Shown here piece after piece: positions 8,608-18,169 of a DNA stretch of 64,000 nucleotides. A program made the translations under genes and the position numbers. This stretch comes from Candidatus Latescibacterota bacterium (lineage in GTDB: Bacteria; Latescibacterota; UBA2968; GCA-2709665): assembly GCA_965205485.1 (NCBI GenBank), contig OZ242180.1, forward strand, positions 3,968,001 through 4,032,000, given 5' to 3'. Below the pieces are notes generated by a model, which was not told the origin of the DNA, made no database searches, and saw nothing but the letters and a program-made list of their open reading frames with translations. The stretch's first letter is position 1. Each line of letters opens with the position of its first letter.

Positions 8608-9633
8608 ATGATCGAACCCGTGAGAGCGCTTCTGGGCGCAGCCGTGATTCTGGGTTGCGCGTGGTTTCTTATCCGGCCGGGCTCGGGATATTTCTGGCGG
8701 TGGCGGCAGGCCCGGAGGCTGACCGAGCGCGTCCTGACGGAAGATTTGCTCAAGCACGTATATAACTGTGAATATCAACAGCAGATCGCAACGGTCGAAA
8801 GCCTGTCCGGCGCACTGGGGATTCCGCTCGGCCGCGCGTCCGATCTGATCGTACGTGCGGGTGTCCGCGGACTGACCGTTTCTGACGGCGGCAGCGTCAG
8901 ACTGACAACGCACGGTCGGGATTACGCGCTTCGAATCCTGAGGGTTCACCGCCTCTGGGAACACTATCTGGCCGAGGAAACAGGGGTGGCGGCTGCCGAT
9001 TGGCACAGCGAGGCGGAACGCCGGGAGCACGATCTGTCTACCGAGGACGTGGAACGGCTGGACCGGAGGATGGGGTATCCGGTCTACGACCCGCACGGGG
9101 ACCCCATACCCACCGGCGCCGGAGACATCGCGCCGAAACGCGGAACGCACCTGACGGAACACACCGTCGGCGTTGCGGCGGAGATTGTACACATCGAAGA
9201 CGAACCGGAGCCCGTGTACGCGCAGCTTGCGGCGGAAGGACTTCACGTCGGGATGCGAATCGAGTTGATCGAGGTTCTGCCCCAGCGCGTGCGCTTCTGG
9301 GCGGATGGAGAAGAGCATGTGCTGGCGCCGTTGCTGGCCGACCATATTTCCGTCACCGCAGTTTCGAATGGATCTGAAGCAGAAGCGTCCGATGAACTGC
9401 TGTCCGGCCTGAGAAAGGGCGAAGTCGGGCACGTTGTCCGACTGTCCGGATCATGCCGCGGTCTGGAACGGCGTCGGCTGATGGATCTGGGAATCCTTCC
9501 CGGTACCCGGATCCAGGTGGAGATGCGCAGCCCTTCCGGGGATCCAACCGCATACCGGATACGTGGGACAACCATTGCGCTTCGAAGGGAGCAGGCAGAT
9601 CAGGTTCAGATTCAGGTGCAACTCGTGGAATGA
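8608..9633 (+). CDS. N-terminally membrane-anchored DtxR-like protein with two C-terminal FeoA domains
   Basis: Hydrophobic N-terminal helix; LRVHRLWEHYL, EAERREH, DPHGDPIP; final FeoA RRRLMDLGILPG...SPSGDPTAYRIRG. Confidence 0.88.
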   Translation: MIEPVRALLGAAVILGCAWFLIRPGSGYFWRWRQARRLTERVLTEDLLKHVYNCEYQQQIATVESLSGALGIPLGRASDLIVRAGVRGLTVSDGGSVRLTTHGRDYALRILRVHRLWEHYLAEETGVAAADWHSEAERREHDLSTEDVERLDRRMGYPVYDPHGDPIPTGAGDIAPKRGTHLTEHTVGVAAEIVHIEDEPEPVYAQLAAEGLHVGMRIELIEVLPQRVRFWADGEEHVLAPLLADHISVTAVSNGSEAEASDELLSGLRKGEVGHVVRLSGSCRGLERRRLMDLGILPGTRIQVEMRSPSGDPTAYRIRGTTIALRREQADQVQIQVQLVE

Positions 9634-9675
9634 ACGGCCGTCACAATGCATACGGAATCGGATGGAGCGTATAGA

Positions 9676-10485
9676 ATGGAAATGCAGACACCAGCTGGTC
9701 CTTGCGACGCCTGCCCGGCGCATCATTCGGGCAACCTGATCAAGCTCGGCGTGAATATGGCGAATTGGGATTTCGTCGTGGCACTGGCAGGAAATCCGAA
9801 TACAGGGAAGAGTACGGTATTTAACGCCCTGACGGGACTGCGGCAGCATACAGGGAACTGGCCCGGAAAAACGGTGGTGCGGGCCGAAGGCGGTTTCGCG
9901 TTCGGAGGCCACCGGTATAAGCTCGTGGATCTTCCGGGAACCTACTCTCTCCTGTCCACCAGTCTCGACGAAGAGGTCGCCCGGGATTTTATTCTGTTCG
10001 GACGCCCGGACGTAACGGTGGTTGTCGTGGACGCCGCGCGGCTGGAACGGAATCTGAATCTCGTCCTTCAGGTTCTGGAAATTACCGACCGTGCGGTGGT
10101 GTGCCTGAACCTGATAGACGAAGCGAAACGCCAGGGTCTACGGGTGGACGAACGACGACTGTCACGAGATCTGGGGGTCCCGGTGGTGCCTGCGGCGGCG
10201 CGCCGGGGGGAGGGAATGCCTGAGTTGACGCAGGTATTGAGTGATGTGGCGACCGGCAGGACGGTATGCAGGCCGCAACGCATCAAAAACGAGCCGCCTG
10301 AATTGAGAAAGGCGGTAAACAAGCTCATGGCTCAGCTGGATCAGGCGTTTCCCGATGTACCGAACTCGCGGTGGGTGGCGCTCCGGCTGCTCGAAGGTGA
10401 CACGCGAATTATGGAAGCAGTGAGTTCGGGAGAACTCGGGGATCTGAACCGTAATCCGGCGCAGGGAGAGGAGGTCACGGCGTGA
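9676..10485 (+). CDS. FeoB GTPase domain protein (split FeoB, N-terminal half)
   Basis: [30 protein letters not shown]; no TM region; N-terminal CDACPAHH. Confidence 0.9.
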   Translation: MEMQTPAGPCDACPAHHSGNLIKLGVNMANWDFVVALAGNPNTGKSTVFNALTGLRQHTGNWPGKTVVRAEGGFAFGGHRYKLVDLPGTYSLLSTSLDEEVARDFILFGRPDVTVVVVDAARLERNLNLVLQVLEITDRAVVCLNLIDEAKRQGLRVDERRLSRDLGVPVVPAAARRGEGMPELTQVLSDVATGRTVCRPQRIKNEPPELRKAVNKLMAQLDQAFPDVPNSRWVALRLLEGDTRIMEAVSSGELGDLNRNPAQGEEVTA

Positions 10486-11918
10486 GTGATTCCGCGGCAA
10501 ATCAACGCCCCGACGAATTGATTCGATTGGCGGCGGAGCTTCGATGGGAAGCGGGGTCCAATTTCCACGATTCATTAATGGAAACGCTCTACGCAAACGC
10601 AGCGCATATTGCTGACCGCGCTGTCACCCGAACCGGTGAAGCCGCACGGTTCGATCTGGACCGGACGATCGACCGGCTCGTAACCAGTCGCTGGCTGGGT
10701 TTCCCCATCATGTTATTCCTGCTGACGCTGGTATTCTGGCTGACGATTGAGGGCGCGAATCTGCCTTCGGCGATGCTGGCGGGCCTGCTGATCGACTCCG
10801 TTCATCCTGTATTGAAATCCGTGGCCGTGGCAGTCGGCATGCCCTGGTGGCTCGACGGCCTGCTCGTTGACGGCATCTACCTGGCAATGGCGTGGGTCGT
10901 CAGTGTCATGTTGCCACCCATGGCGATCTTCTTTCCGCTGTTTACGCTACTGGAGGACTTCGGATATCTGCCCAGGGTCGCGTTCAATCTTGACAAGTGG
11001 TTCAAAAAAGCAGGCGCGCACGGGAAGCAGGCGCTCACGATGAGTATGGGATTTGGTTGCAATGCCGCGGCGATCGTGTCCACCCGGGTCATAGACAGTC
11101 CCAGAGAGCGACTCATTGCCATCATTACCAACAATTTCTCTCTCTGCAACGGACGGTGGCCCACCCAGATACTGGTGGCTACGATATTCATCGGAGGACT
11201 GGCTCCGGCCCATTTCGCCGGACTGGTTTCCGCCGGTGCAGTAGTGGCCGTCGCCGTATTTGGCGTTCTGCTCTCCTTTTTCGTCTCGTGGGGCCTCTCC
11301 AGGTCGGTTCTCCGGGGAGAAGCATCCGCCTTCAGCCTGGAACTTCCGCCGTATCGACCCCCTCGGGTCTTGCAGACCGTCTATACTTCAATTATTGACA
11401 GAACGTTGATTGTGCTGTGGCGGGCGGTGATCTTTGCGGTTCCCGCGGGCGCGGTGATCTGGCTGAGTTCCAATATCATGGTTGGGGGGCTCAGCGTCGC
11501 GGAGCATTTCATCAACTGGAGCCAGCCGTTCGGTCTGCTTATCGGATTGAATGGCGTCATCCTGCTGGCCTACGTAATCGCAATCCCGGCGAACGAAATT
11601 GTGATTCCCACCATACTGATGTTGACGGTATTGAGTGCAAGGATGACCGGGCTGGGTGAAGGCGCCGGGGTCATGTTTGAACTGGACTCCAATGCCGCGG
11701 TAGCGCAGATTTTCGCTTCCGGCGGATGGAGTCTGCTCACTGCCGTCAATTTGATGTTGTTCAGCCTGGTGCACAATCCGTGTTCTACCACGATATATAC
11801 GATCTGGAAGGAAACACGAAGCGCCAAATGGACGTCCATTTCGTCGTTACTTCCCGTGGGAATGGGTTTCCTGCTCTGTTTTCTCGTTGCACAGATCTGG
11901 CGTTTGGTATCAGGGTGA
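10482..11918 (+). CDS. FeoB transmembrane/gate domain protein (split FeoB, C-terminal half)
   Basis: [39 protein letters not shown]; own GGAGGT RBS and GTGA overlap. Confidence 0.9.
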   Translation: MSDSAANQRPDELIRLAAELRWEAGSNFHDSLMETLYANAAHIADRAVTRTGEAARFDLDRTIDRLVTSRWLGFPIMLFLLTLVFWLTIEGANLPSAMLAGLLIDSVHPVLKSVAVAVGMPWWLDGLLVDGIYLAMAWVVSVMLPPMAIFFPLFTLLEDFGYLPRVAFNLDKWFKKAGAHGKQALTMSMGFGCNAAAIVSTRVIDSPRERLIAIITNNFSLCNGRWPTQILVATIFIGGLAPAHFAGLVSAGAVVAVAVFGVLLSFFVSWGLSRSVLRGEASAFSLELPPYRPPRVLQTVYTSIIDRTLIVLWRAVIFAVPAGAVIWLSSNIMVGGLSVAEHFINWSQPFGLLIGLNGVILLAYVIAIPANEIVIPTILMLTVLSARMTGLGEGAGVMFELDSNAAVAQIFASGGWSLLTAVNLMLFSLVHNPCSTTIYTIWKETRSAKWTSISSLLPVGMGFLLCFLVAQIWRLVSG

Positions 11919-12015
11919 GGCGATTTCCGGTTTCGGCTGGTGTTCGTGGAAGACGGTTCCCGGATGTCAATGCCGGTTCAGGAATCCGCGCAGGATTGCC
12001 AGCGAAAGGAAACAC

Positions 12016-12690
12016 ATGCTCAGTCAGGCCGCACAGGACTATCTGAAGTCCATCTACAAGCTTCAACATGGGCACGAACCCAGGGCCACCGTGAATACAT
12101 CGATGGTTGCGGAGCGGATGGAGGTGGCGGCAGCGTCCGCGACAAATATGATCAAGAAGCTGGCTGAAATGAACCTTGTTCAGCACACACCCTATCAGGG
12201 CGTCGAACTCACGCCGGCGGGAGAAGCCGTCGCCCTGGAGGTCCTGAGACATCACCGCCTGCTCGAGCTGTACCTGGCGGACGCATTGGGGTACGACTGG
12301 GACGAAGTCGACGCTGAGGCCGACAGACTCGAGCACGTGATTTCGGAAGAGTTCGAGGACAAAATCGACAGGGTGCTCGGCCATCCCACAACCGACCCGC
12401 ACGGGGCGCCGATTCCCACAAAAGACGGAAATATCGAAAACACGGATTGCGTCCCTCTCACGCAGGTGGAGCCCGGGGAGGCGGTCGTGATCGCACAGGT
12501 GAACGACCAGAGTCCCGAGATGCTCAGGTATCTGGGGGCGCTTGGACTGCGGCCGGGCGTCACGCTGTTCGTTCAGGAGAAGGCGCCGTTCAATGGCCCG
12601 ATGACCATCGAACTTGATGGAAACACCCAGCATGTGGTGGGTGTCAACGTGTCGGACAGCATCTACGTGACGTGCGCCGACGAAGGTTGA
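12016..12690 (+). CDS. mntR: MntR/DtxR-family metal-dependent repressor with C-terminal FeoA domain
   Basis: QDYLKSIYKL, SATNMIKKL, RHHRLLELYL, EADRLEH, DPHGAPIP. Confidence 0.92.
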   Translation: MLSQAAQDYLKSIYKLQHGHEPRATVNTSMVAERMEVAAASATNMIKKLAEMNLVQHTPYQGVELTPAGEAVALEVLRHHRLLELYLADALGYDWDEVDAEADRLEHVISEEFEDKIDRVLGHPTTDPHGAPIPTKDGNIENTDCVPLTQVEPGEAVVIAQVNDQSPEMLRYLGALGLRPGVTLFVQEKAPFNGPMTIELDGNTQHVVGVNVSDSIYVTCADEG

Positions 12691-12765
12691 TGGACTCCGC
12701 CGCGGCGGGACGGCCGCCGTTCAGTCCCGCGTCGATGTCAGGCCGTATACAGGTTGAATAAACTT

Positions 12766-15198
12766 ATGAATTCGCCAACTCGTGTCTTCATCGTCTCCTT
12801 TCTCTTGGGCGGGGTTCAGGCAAGCGCCGGGACGCCGCCCGATCTGTCTCCGGTTCCGCGTGAAACGGAGGTCGAGCTCTTCAACCGCGCGGCTGCGGTA
12901 TTCAGGCCCGATCTGCTGCCGGCGGACAGCCCATACTTCCACGAGCATGCGGTTTGCGGAACACCCGTCATTATGGCCCTGGCCACCCGGTGGCCCAGTC
13001 TGAGCAAGAATACGCAACAGGCGTTCGCCCATGTGTTTCAGCGCCCCGCAATGACGGACAGTATGGTATCTGCAGGCGGGCATTTCCGTGTCCACTACGA
13101 TACGAGGGGCCGGCATTCCGTTTCGCCGGACGACGCCGACCGGAACCGGGTGCCCGACTACGTCGAGGAAGTCGCGGCCACGTTCGACGCCGTGTGGACG
13201 CTTCAGGTCCGCAACCTGGGGTACCGGGATCCGCTGGACGACGGCGACGGCTTGTTCGATGTGTACATCCAGCAACTGGGCACGGCCGGCGTGTACGGGC
13301 AAACCTGGCCCACACGTCTCGGTAATCCGGTAACGTCAGCCTATCTGACGGTCGACAACGACTATACAGACCGGATTTACGCGACCCGGGGTCTGGACGG
13401 CCTGCACGTGACCGTCGCGCACGAGTTCTTCCATGCCATACAATTCGCGTACAATGCGCGAGCCTTGACGTGGTGGCACGAGGCCACCGCGACCTGGATG
13501 GAAGATGTGGCGTACGACGATGTGAACGACTATTTCCAGTACACAAGGTTCGTTCTGGATTCACCCACCGTTGCCCTGGACTGGCAGCCCAATCTGCAGG
13601 ACGGACACCAGTACGGAGCATGCATCTACGTCCATTACCTGGACCAGGTCTTCGGACGACGGACCATTCGGGAGACGTGGGAGGGACTGGGCGAGCGCAA
13701 CACGTCGTCGTACGATATCGAAAAACTGAATCCGACGGTGCCCACCGGTGGTTTTTCAGGGACGCTGCCGGGTTACGTCACCTGGAATTATTTCACCGGG
13801 ACCCGCTCTCGTGACGGGTTTTACGAAGAGGGCGTGTTTTATCAGCCCGCTGCCTCGGTCAGAACGGTTTCGACGGTTTCCGGCGGCCAGGCATCCGGTA
13901 CCGGATCGGTGGATCATCTGGCTGCCGACTATATCCAGGTGGTGACGAAGGGGATGCAGGGCGGCCTTCGAGCCGAATTCGGTCTGGCCGGCGGGGGAAG
14001 CTGGCAATTCTGGGCCATGCTGATTGATACCGATGGGGTCGACCTGCTGCGGCCGGTCCGCTCCAGGATGGAGATCCCGAACGCGGGACAATACGACAAT
14101 ATCGTGTTTATGCCCGTATCGGACGCGCTGGAAGGGCGGGATTTCGATTACGAATATACGATTGCCTCGGCCGAATCAGTAGACGGGGAGACCCATCCAC
14201 TCAGGTTGACGGTTGGCGAAAGCAATGTTCCCGTGGTACGACTCGGCGTACATTCAGACCGGGCGACCGTTCGCGCGGACGGCGCCGGAGGGAATCCGGT
14301 CGCGTGGACCGTTTCTCGCGCCAGCGGCAGCAGGGCGATCACCGTGCCCGGACAAGCGGAGCCATCGTCATTCACGACGCTGGCGGATTCGATTGAAATC
14401 GTGGCGGTTGGCACCGGCCCGACCGTCGTTCAGGTTTCCGCCACCGGGGCAGGCACGACGCCGTCCGTCGCCTGGGCGGTCTTCGGTCAGACCCTCACGG
14501 GGAATCTGCCGCCCGTGGTGGCGGCGATTTCCGATACCACCATAGCAGAAGGGCAGCAGTTGTCGATTCTCATCGATGCGGAAGACGAAGATGGCGACGC
14601 ACTCGCCTTTTCGTCCGGCGACCTCCCGGCCGGGGCCACCCTGGTTGAGAATCGCTTAACCTGGACGCCGCGGTTCGATCAGGGCGACCGGACTTACGAG
14701 ATTCAACTGCTGGTCAGCGACGGCATCAACCAGGTACGCATCGGGGTGAACATACACGTGAAGAATGTCGACCGTCCGCCGGAGATTCGGGAGACCGACC
14801 CGACCCGCGGGGTCGTGTATGGCGCCTCGGGGAAGACGGTTCGATTTTCAGTGACGGCGCTGGATCCGGACGGGGATGAATTGAGCTTCGCATGGTCGAT
14901 CAACGGCATTTCAGTGGATGAAGCGGGGCCGTCCCTGCTCGTGACGATTCCCGCCACGGATGTGGATGACGTGGTCGAGGTCGTGGTAACTGCGGGGCAG
15001 AAATCAGTCAAACGGAAATGGACGATCGGGAAGACGTTGATCGGAGATTTCAACGACGACGGCGCCGTCAACTTTGCCGACTTTATTGCCTTCGCCGGTG
15101 CTTTCGGCACGGAGAGTCCGATACACGACCTCGACGGTTCGGGGCTCGTCGATTTTCAGGATTTCCTCGTTTTTGCGATCTATTTCGGCCTGCCGTGA
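12766..15198 (+). CDS. Secreted zinc metalloprotease (MXAN_6640-like) with Ig/cadherin-like domains and dockerin/EF-hand-like tail
   Basis: Signal peptide; HFRVHY; HEFFHAIQ plus WWHEATATWME; DAEDEDGD and ALDPDGD repeats; GDFNDDGAVNFADF / DLDGSGLVDFQDF tail. Confidence 0.8.
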   Translation: MNSPTRVFIVSFLLGGVQASAGTPPDLSPVPRETEVELFNRAAAVFRPDLLPADSPYFHEHAVCGTPVIMALATRWPSLSKNTQQAFAHVFQRPAMTDSMVSAGGHFRVHYDTRGRHSVSPDDADRNRVPDYVEEVAATFDAVWTLQVRNLGYRDPLDDGDGLFDVYIQQLGTAGVYGQTWPTRLGNPVTSAYLTVDNDYTDRIYATRGLDGLHVTVAHEFFHAIQFAYNARALTWWHEATATWMEDVAYDDVNDYFQYTRFVLDSPTVALDWQPNLQDGHQYGACIYVHYLDQVFGRRTIRETWEGLGERNTSSYDIEKLNPTVPTGGFSGTLPGYVTWNYFTGTRSRDGFYEEGVFYQPAASVRTVSTVSGGQASGTGSVDHLAADYIQVVTKGMQGGLRAEFGLAGGGSWQFWAMLIDTDGVDLLRPVRSRMEIPNAGQYDNIVFMPVSDALEGRDFDYEYTIASAESVDGETHPLRLTVGESNVPVVRLGVHSDRATVRADGAGGNPVAWTVSRASGSRAITVPGQAEPSSFTTLADSIEIVAVGTGPTVVQVSATGAGTTPSVAWAVFGQTLTGNLPPVVAAISDTTIAEGQQLSILIDAEDEDGDALAFSSGDLPAGATLVENRLTWTPRFDQGDRTYEIQLLVSDGINQVRIGVNIHVKNVDRPPEIRETDPTRGVVYGASGKTVRFSVTALDPDGDELSFAWSINGISVDEAGPSLLVTIPATDVDDVVEVVVTAGQKSVKRKWTIGKTLIGDFNDDGAVNFADFIAFAGAFGTESPIHDLDGSGLVDFQDFLVFAIYFGLP

Positions 15199-15304
15199 TG
15201 TCCGGCCAGGTACGTTTCATTTACACGAAACCCCTTTAATTCTTGTTTTTATACACCTTTTTGTTAACTTAAACCTCTCGATTCACGACCAACGTCCACA
15301 TCGG

Positions 15305-16099
15305 ATGGCAGGTGACGGTTTGATTGCACTTCGCTCGGAACGGGAAATGGAGAGAATCAGGGACGCCTGCCGCGTCGTCGGGCTCGCACATCGGGCCCTT
15401 TGCGAGTGGGTCCGGCCTGGCATACCCACCTTCAGACTGGACCGGGTCGCGGAGGAGTTGATCCGCGACCACGGCGCTGTGCCTGCCTTCAAGGGATACC
15501 AGGGATACCCTGCGGCTACCTGTATCTCGATAAACGAACAGGTCGTACACGGGATCCCGGGACACCGGGAGCTGAGGGAAGGCGACCTCGTCAGTATCGA
15601 CATTGGCGCGAAACTGAAAGGGTACTACGGAGACCAGGCGATCTCATACACCATAGGCGACGTGACTCCCGAGATTTGGAAGTTGATAACCGTCACGCGT
15701 GAGTCCCTGCTCAGGGGCATCGATGGGGCACAGGAAGGCCGACGGCTGGAAGACGTATGCGGCTCCATCCAGCAGTGGGTGGAGTCGAACGGTTTTTCCG
15801 TTGTACGCCAATTCGTCGGGCACGGTATCGGACGCAGCCTGCACGAAGATCCCGCCGTGCCGAATTATGTGCCGTTGGAAAAGAACCCACGGCTGCGGCG
15901 CGGAATCGTCATTGCGATTGAACCCATGGTGAATCTGGGACGGCCGGAGGTCGTACTCGCCGACGACGGATGGACCGCGTCCACCAGGGACGGACTGCCG
16001 TCGGCACATTTTGAGCATGTCGTTGCGGTCACCGACGATGAGCCGGCGATTCTGACCATGACTGAAGAGGAGATTTTCGAAGGCGTGTACGCCCGCTGA
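15305..16099 (+). CDS. map: Type I methionine aminopeptidase
   Basis: CISINEQVVHGIP, GDLVSIDIG, GHGIG.SLHEDP, AIEPM, SAHFEH. Confidence 0.96.
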   Translation: MAGDGLIALRSEREMERIRDACRVVGLAHRALCEWVRPGIPTFRLDRVAEELIRDHGAVPAFKGYQGYPAATCISINEQVVHGIPGHRELREGDLVSIDIGAKLKGYYGDQAISYTIGDVTPEIWKLITVTRESLLRGIDGAQEGRRLEDVCGSIQQWVESNGFSVVRQFVGHGIGRSLHEDPAVPNYVPLEKNPRLRRGIVIAIEPMVNLGRPEVVLADDGWTASTRDGLPSAHFEHVVAVTDDEPAILTMTEEEIFEGVYAR

Positions 16100-16171
16100 C
16101 GATGCGGTAGTACCAGGCGTCCACGGTCCGGCTTTTGCAAGTCCGGCCCTTTTTTTGTCCGGCATCGACTC

Positions 16172-16699
16172 ATGACGAATACACCGGTTTTCATTCGAAC
16201 TCTGGCAGGGCTGCTGTTCATCTGCGCCTGCGATCAGCACTACAAGGAGGGTGCGCATCCACCGCCGAAGCCGCGACGGCCTGGCCTGCCGGCGGGGCAC
16301 CCACCCGTCTCGACCGCCCGACAACCATCCGATGCGCAGGGCGGAACAACGGTACGCGGGACCATCCGGGTCAGCCCGGAACTGCGGTCCAGGATACCCG
16401 ACGGCGCCTATCTGTTCATCATTGCGCGAGAAAGGGCCGACGGAGGCCCGCCGTACGCCCTAAAGCGGATGCGCATGCCCTCGCTCCCGTACCACTACAC
16501 CCTTACCCAATCCGACGTCGCGCGCATGTTTGGGGACGGGATCGTCCTGGCCGAGATCCCGGAGATGTATATGGTTGCCAAAATCGACCGGGATGGCTTC
16601 GTAGGCGTTCAACCGGGCGATATGGAAGGCGCATGCCCGAAGAATCCGATCGCTGCCGGCGAACAACGGGCTGACATCCTGATAGAACGGGTCCATTGA
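16172..16699 (+). CDS. Lipoprotein with CcmI/CycH C-terminal Ig-like domain
   Basis: Lipobox ICAC, LPAGHPP linker, GTIRVSPEL...LFIIAR...GPPYALKR...LPYHYTLTQSD. Confidence 0.6.
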   Translation: MTNTPVFIRTLAGLLFICACDQHYKEGAHPPPKPRRPGLPAGHPPVSTARQPSDAQGGTTVRGTIRVSPELRSRIPDGAYLFIIARERADGGPPYALKRMRMPSLPYHYTLTQSDVARMFGDGIVLAEIPEMYMVAKIDRDGFVGVQPGDMEGACPKNPIAAGEQRADILIERVH

Positions 16700-16989
16700 C
16701 ATTCCTTTCCGGCGAACTGACACCCAATGTCTTCGGTAAAAAAGCGGTGCCGCCTGAAATCGATAGACGACGAGCCGGCCACCGGCGCCTGTCGTTCCGG
16801 ACGTGAGGGCGGTGATGTGAAGACACGGTCGATGGTGTCAATGTCAGAGGCGATCGGTTCGCAACGGCCAAGGGGTTACGGTCTGTTGCCTTTGCAGGCA
16901 TTCGGCCCGGAACGAATCATTGAATCGAGCGTTACAGGATGAAGAGAACCAGATACATGGGGAATGGCCGGGTCACGAGGAACGTAAAC

Positions 16990-18159
16990 ATGTGGCGGCA
17001 TCAACTCTGCGCGGCAGTGCTGATTGCGGCGCTGTTGTCCGGATGCGGCAATCGACAGGAAAATCCGGTCGGTTCCAATATGATTACCCGTGCGCAGGGC
17101 CGGGTGGTCGAACTTCCGCTGATTCCTTCCCGGGCCGGCTCGACCCGGTTCGAGGGTACTTTCGGCCGTGCATTCGGCCAAAGTGACACGCTGATGGTCG
17201 GTCGGATGGGCGGACTCGTGCTCCGCTCGCTGTTCCGGTTCAGGTTGGATGCCGACTCGCTCCTGTCGGCCTCGGGTGGCTCCGGCGAGGCGGAACTTGC
17301 GGTTCTCGGCGTCCAGATCCGGATCTGGAAACGAACGTCATCCAGAGGCACCGAATTACTGGAGATACGACGTCCGGTCCAGGCTTGGAATGAGTTGGAC
17401 GAGTTTGTCGATACGCTCAGACACACCGCATCGGATTTTGCATCAACCGTGATCGAAGGGGCGACTGCGGCGTCCGTGGGCGACAGCCTGATTCTGATCG
17501 ACCTGCCGCCGGCGTACCTGTTGGCCGTTGCACGGGAGAACGCCGATGCCAAAGCGCTCGACGTCCTGCTGCAGCCGGCAGCTGACACGCGGTTCTTTAC
17601 AGGCCTTGTGTCGAGGGACGATAACCTTCCCGAAAACGTCAACAGGCTGCCTGAGATGCGATTGACGTTTTCCATCGACGGCAACACCAATACCCATGTC
17701 GCGGTTGCGTCGGAAGATACATACTGGGCGGCAAGGGACGGACCTGAATCCGGGATGCTGGTTCTGGCTACAATTGTACGGTTGAGTCCGGTATTTCGCT
17801 TCGACCTGCCGGACAGCATTCCCAGGGGAGCGACGGTTACGTCTTCAGAATTGCAACTGAATTACGATCGGTCGCAATCCATGTTCGGTGATTTCGTATT
17901 CTCGATTGAACGGATCAACGTCGACCCGGCATCCGGGGATACAACGTTCTCACTCGTCAACACGTGGCGGTTCGACGAACAGCCGGCGTCATACGCGGTT
18001 GACCAGAGTCTTGTTCAGGGCTGGCTCTCGGGAACGACCCGCAATTCGGGGCTTGCGCTCAGCACGCCGGTCACCGATAGGCGAAACTGGGACGTCAACT
18101 GGGTCGTGTTCCATAATCCAATGTTGAAGTTGATCTATTCAACCCCTCCCGACCCATAG
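16990..18159 (+). CDS. Lipoprotein of unknown function (beta-rich, DUF4270-like)
   Basis: GAGGA RBS, lipobox LLSGC, ENPVGS, P.L.L.Y/F strands. Confidence 0.65.
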   Translation: MWRHQLCAAVLIAALLSGCGNRQENPVGSNMITRAQGRVVELPLIPSRAGSTRFEGTFGRAFGQSDTLMVGRMGGLVLRSLFRFRLDADSLLSASGGSGEAELAVLGVQIRIWKRTSSRGTELLEIRRPVQAWNELDEFVDTLRHTASDFASTVIEGATAASVGDSLILIDLPPAYLLAVARENADAKALDVLLQPAADTRFFTGLVSRDDNLPENVNRLPEMRLTFSIDGNTNTHVAVASEDTYWAARDGPESGMLVLATIVRLSPVFRFDLPDSIPRGATVTSSELQLNYDRSQSMFGDFVFSIERINVDPASGDTTFSLVNTWRFDEQPASYAVDQSLVQGWLSGTTRNSGLALSTPVTDRRNWDVNWVVFHNPMLKLIYSTPPDP

Positions 18160-18169
18160 GCACGTTTTC

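Noticed and set aside
10460..10490. Split feoB as a frameshift pseudogene
   Set aside because: Strong RBS and GTGA coupling at a domain boundary; both halves keep their conserved motifs
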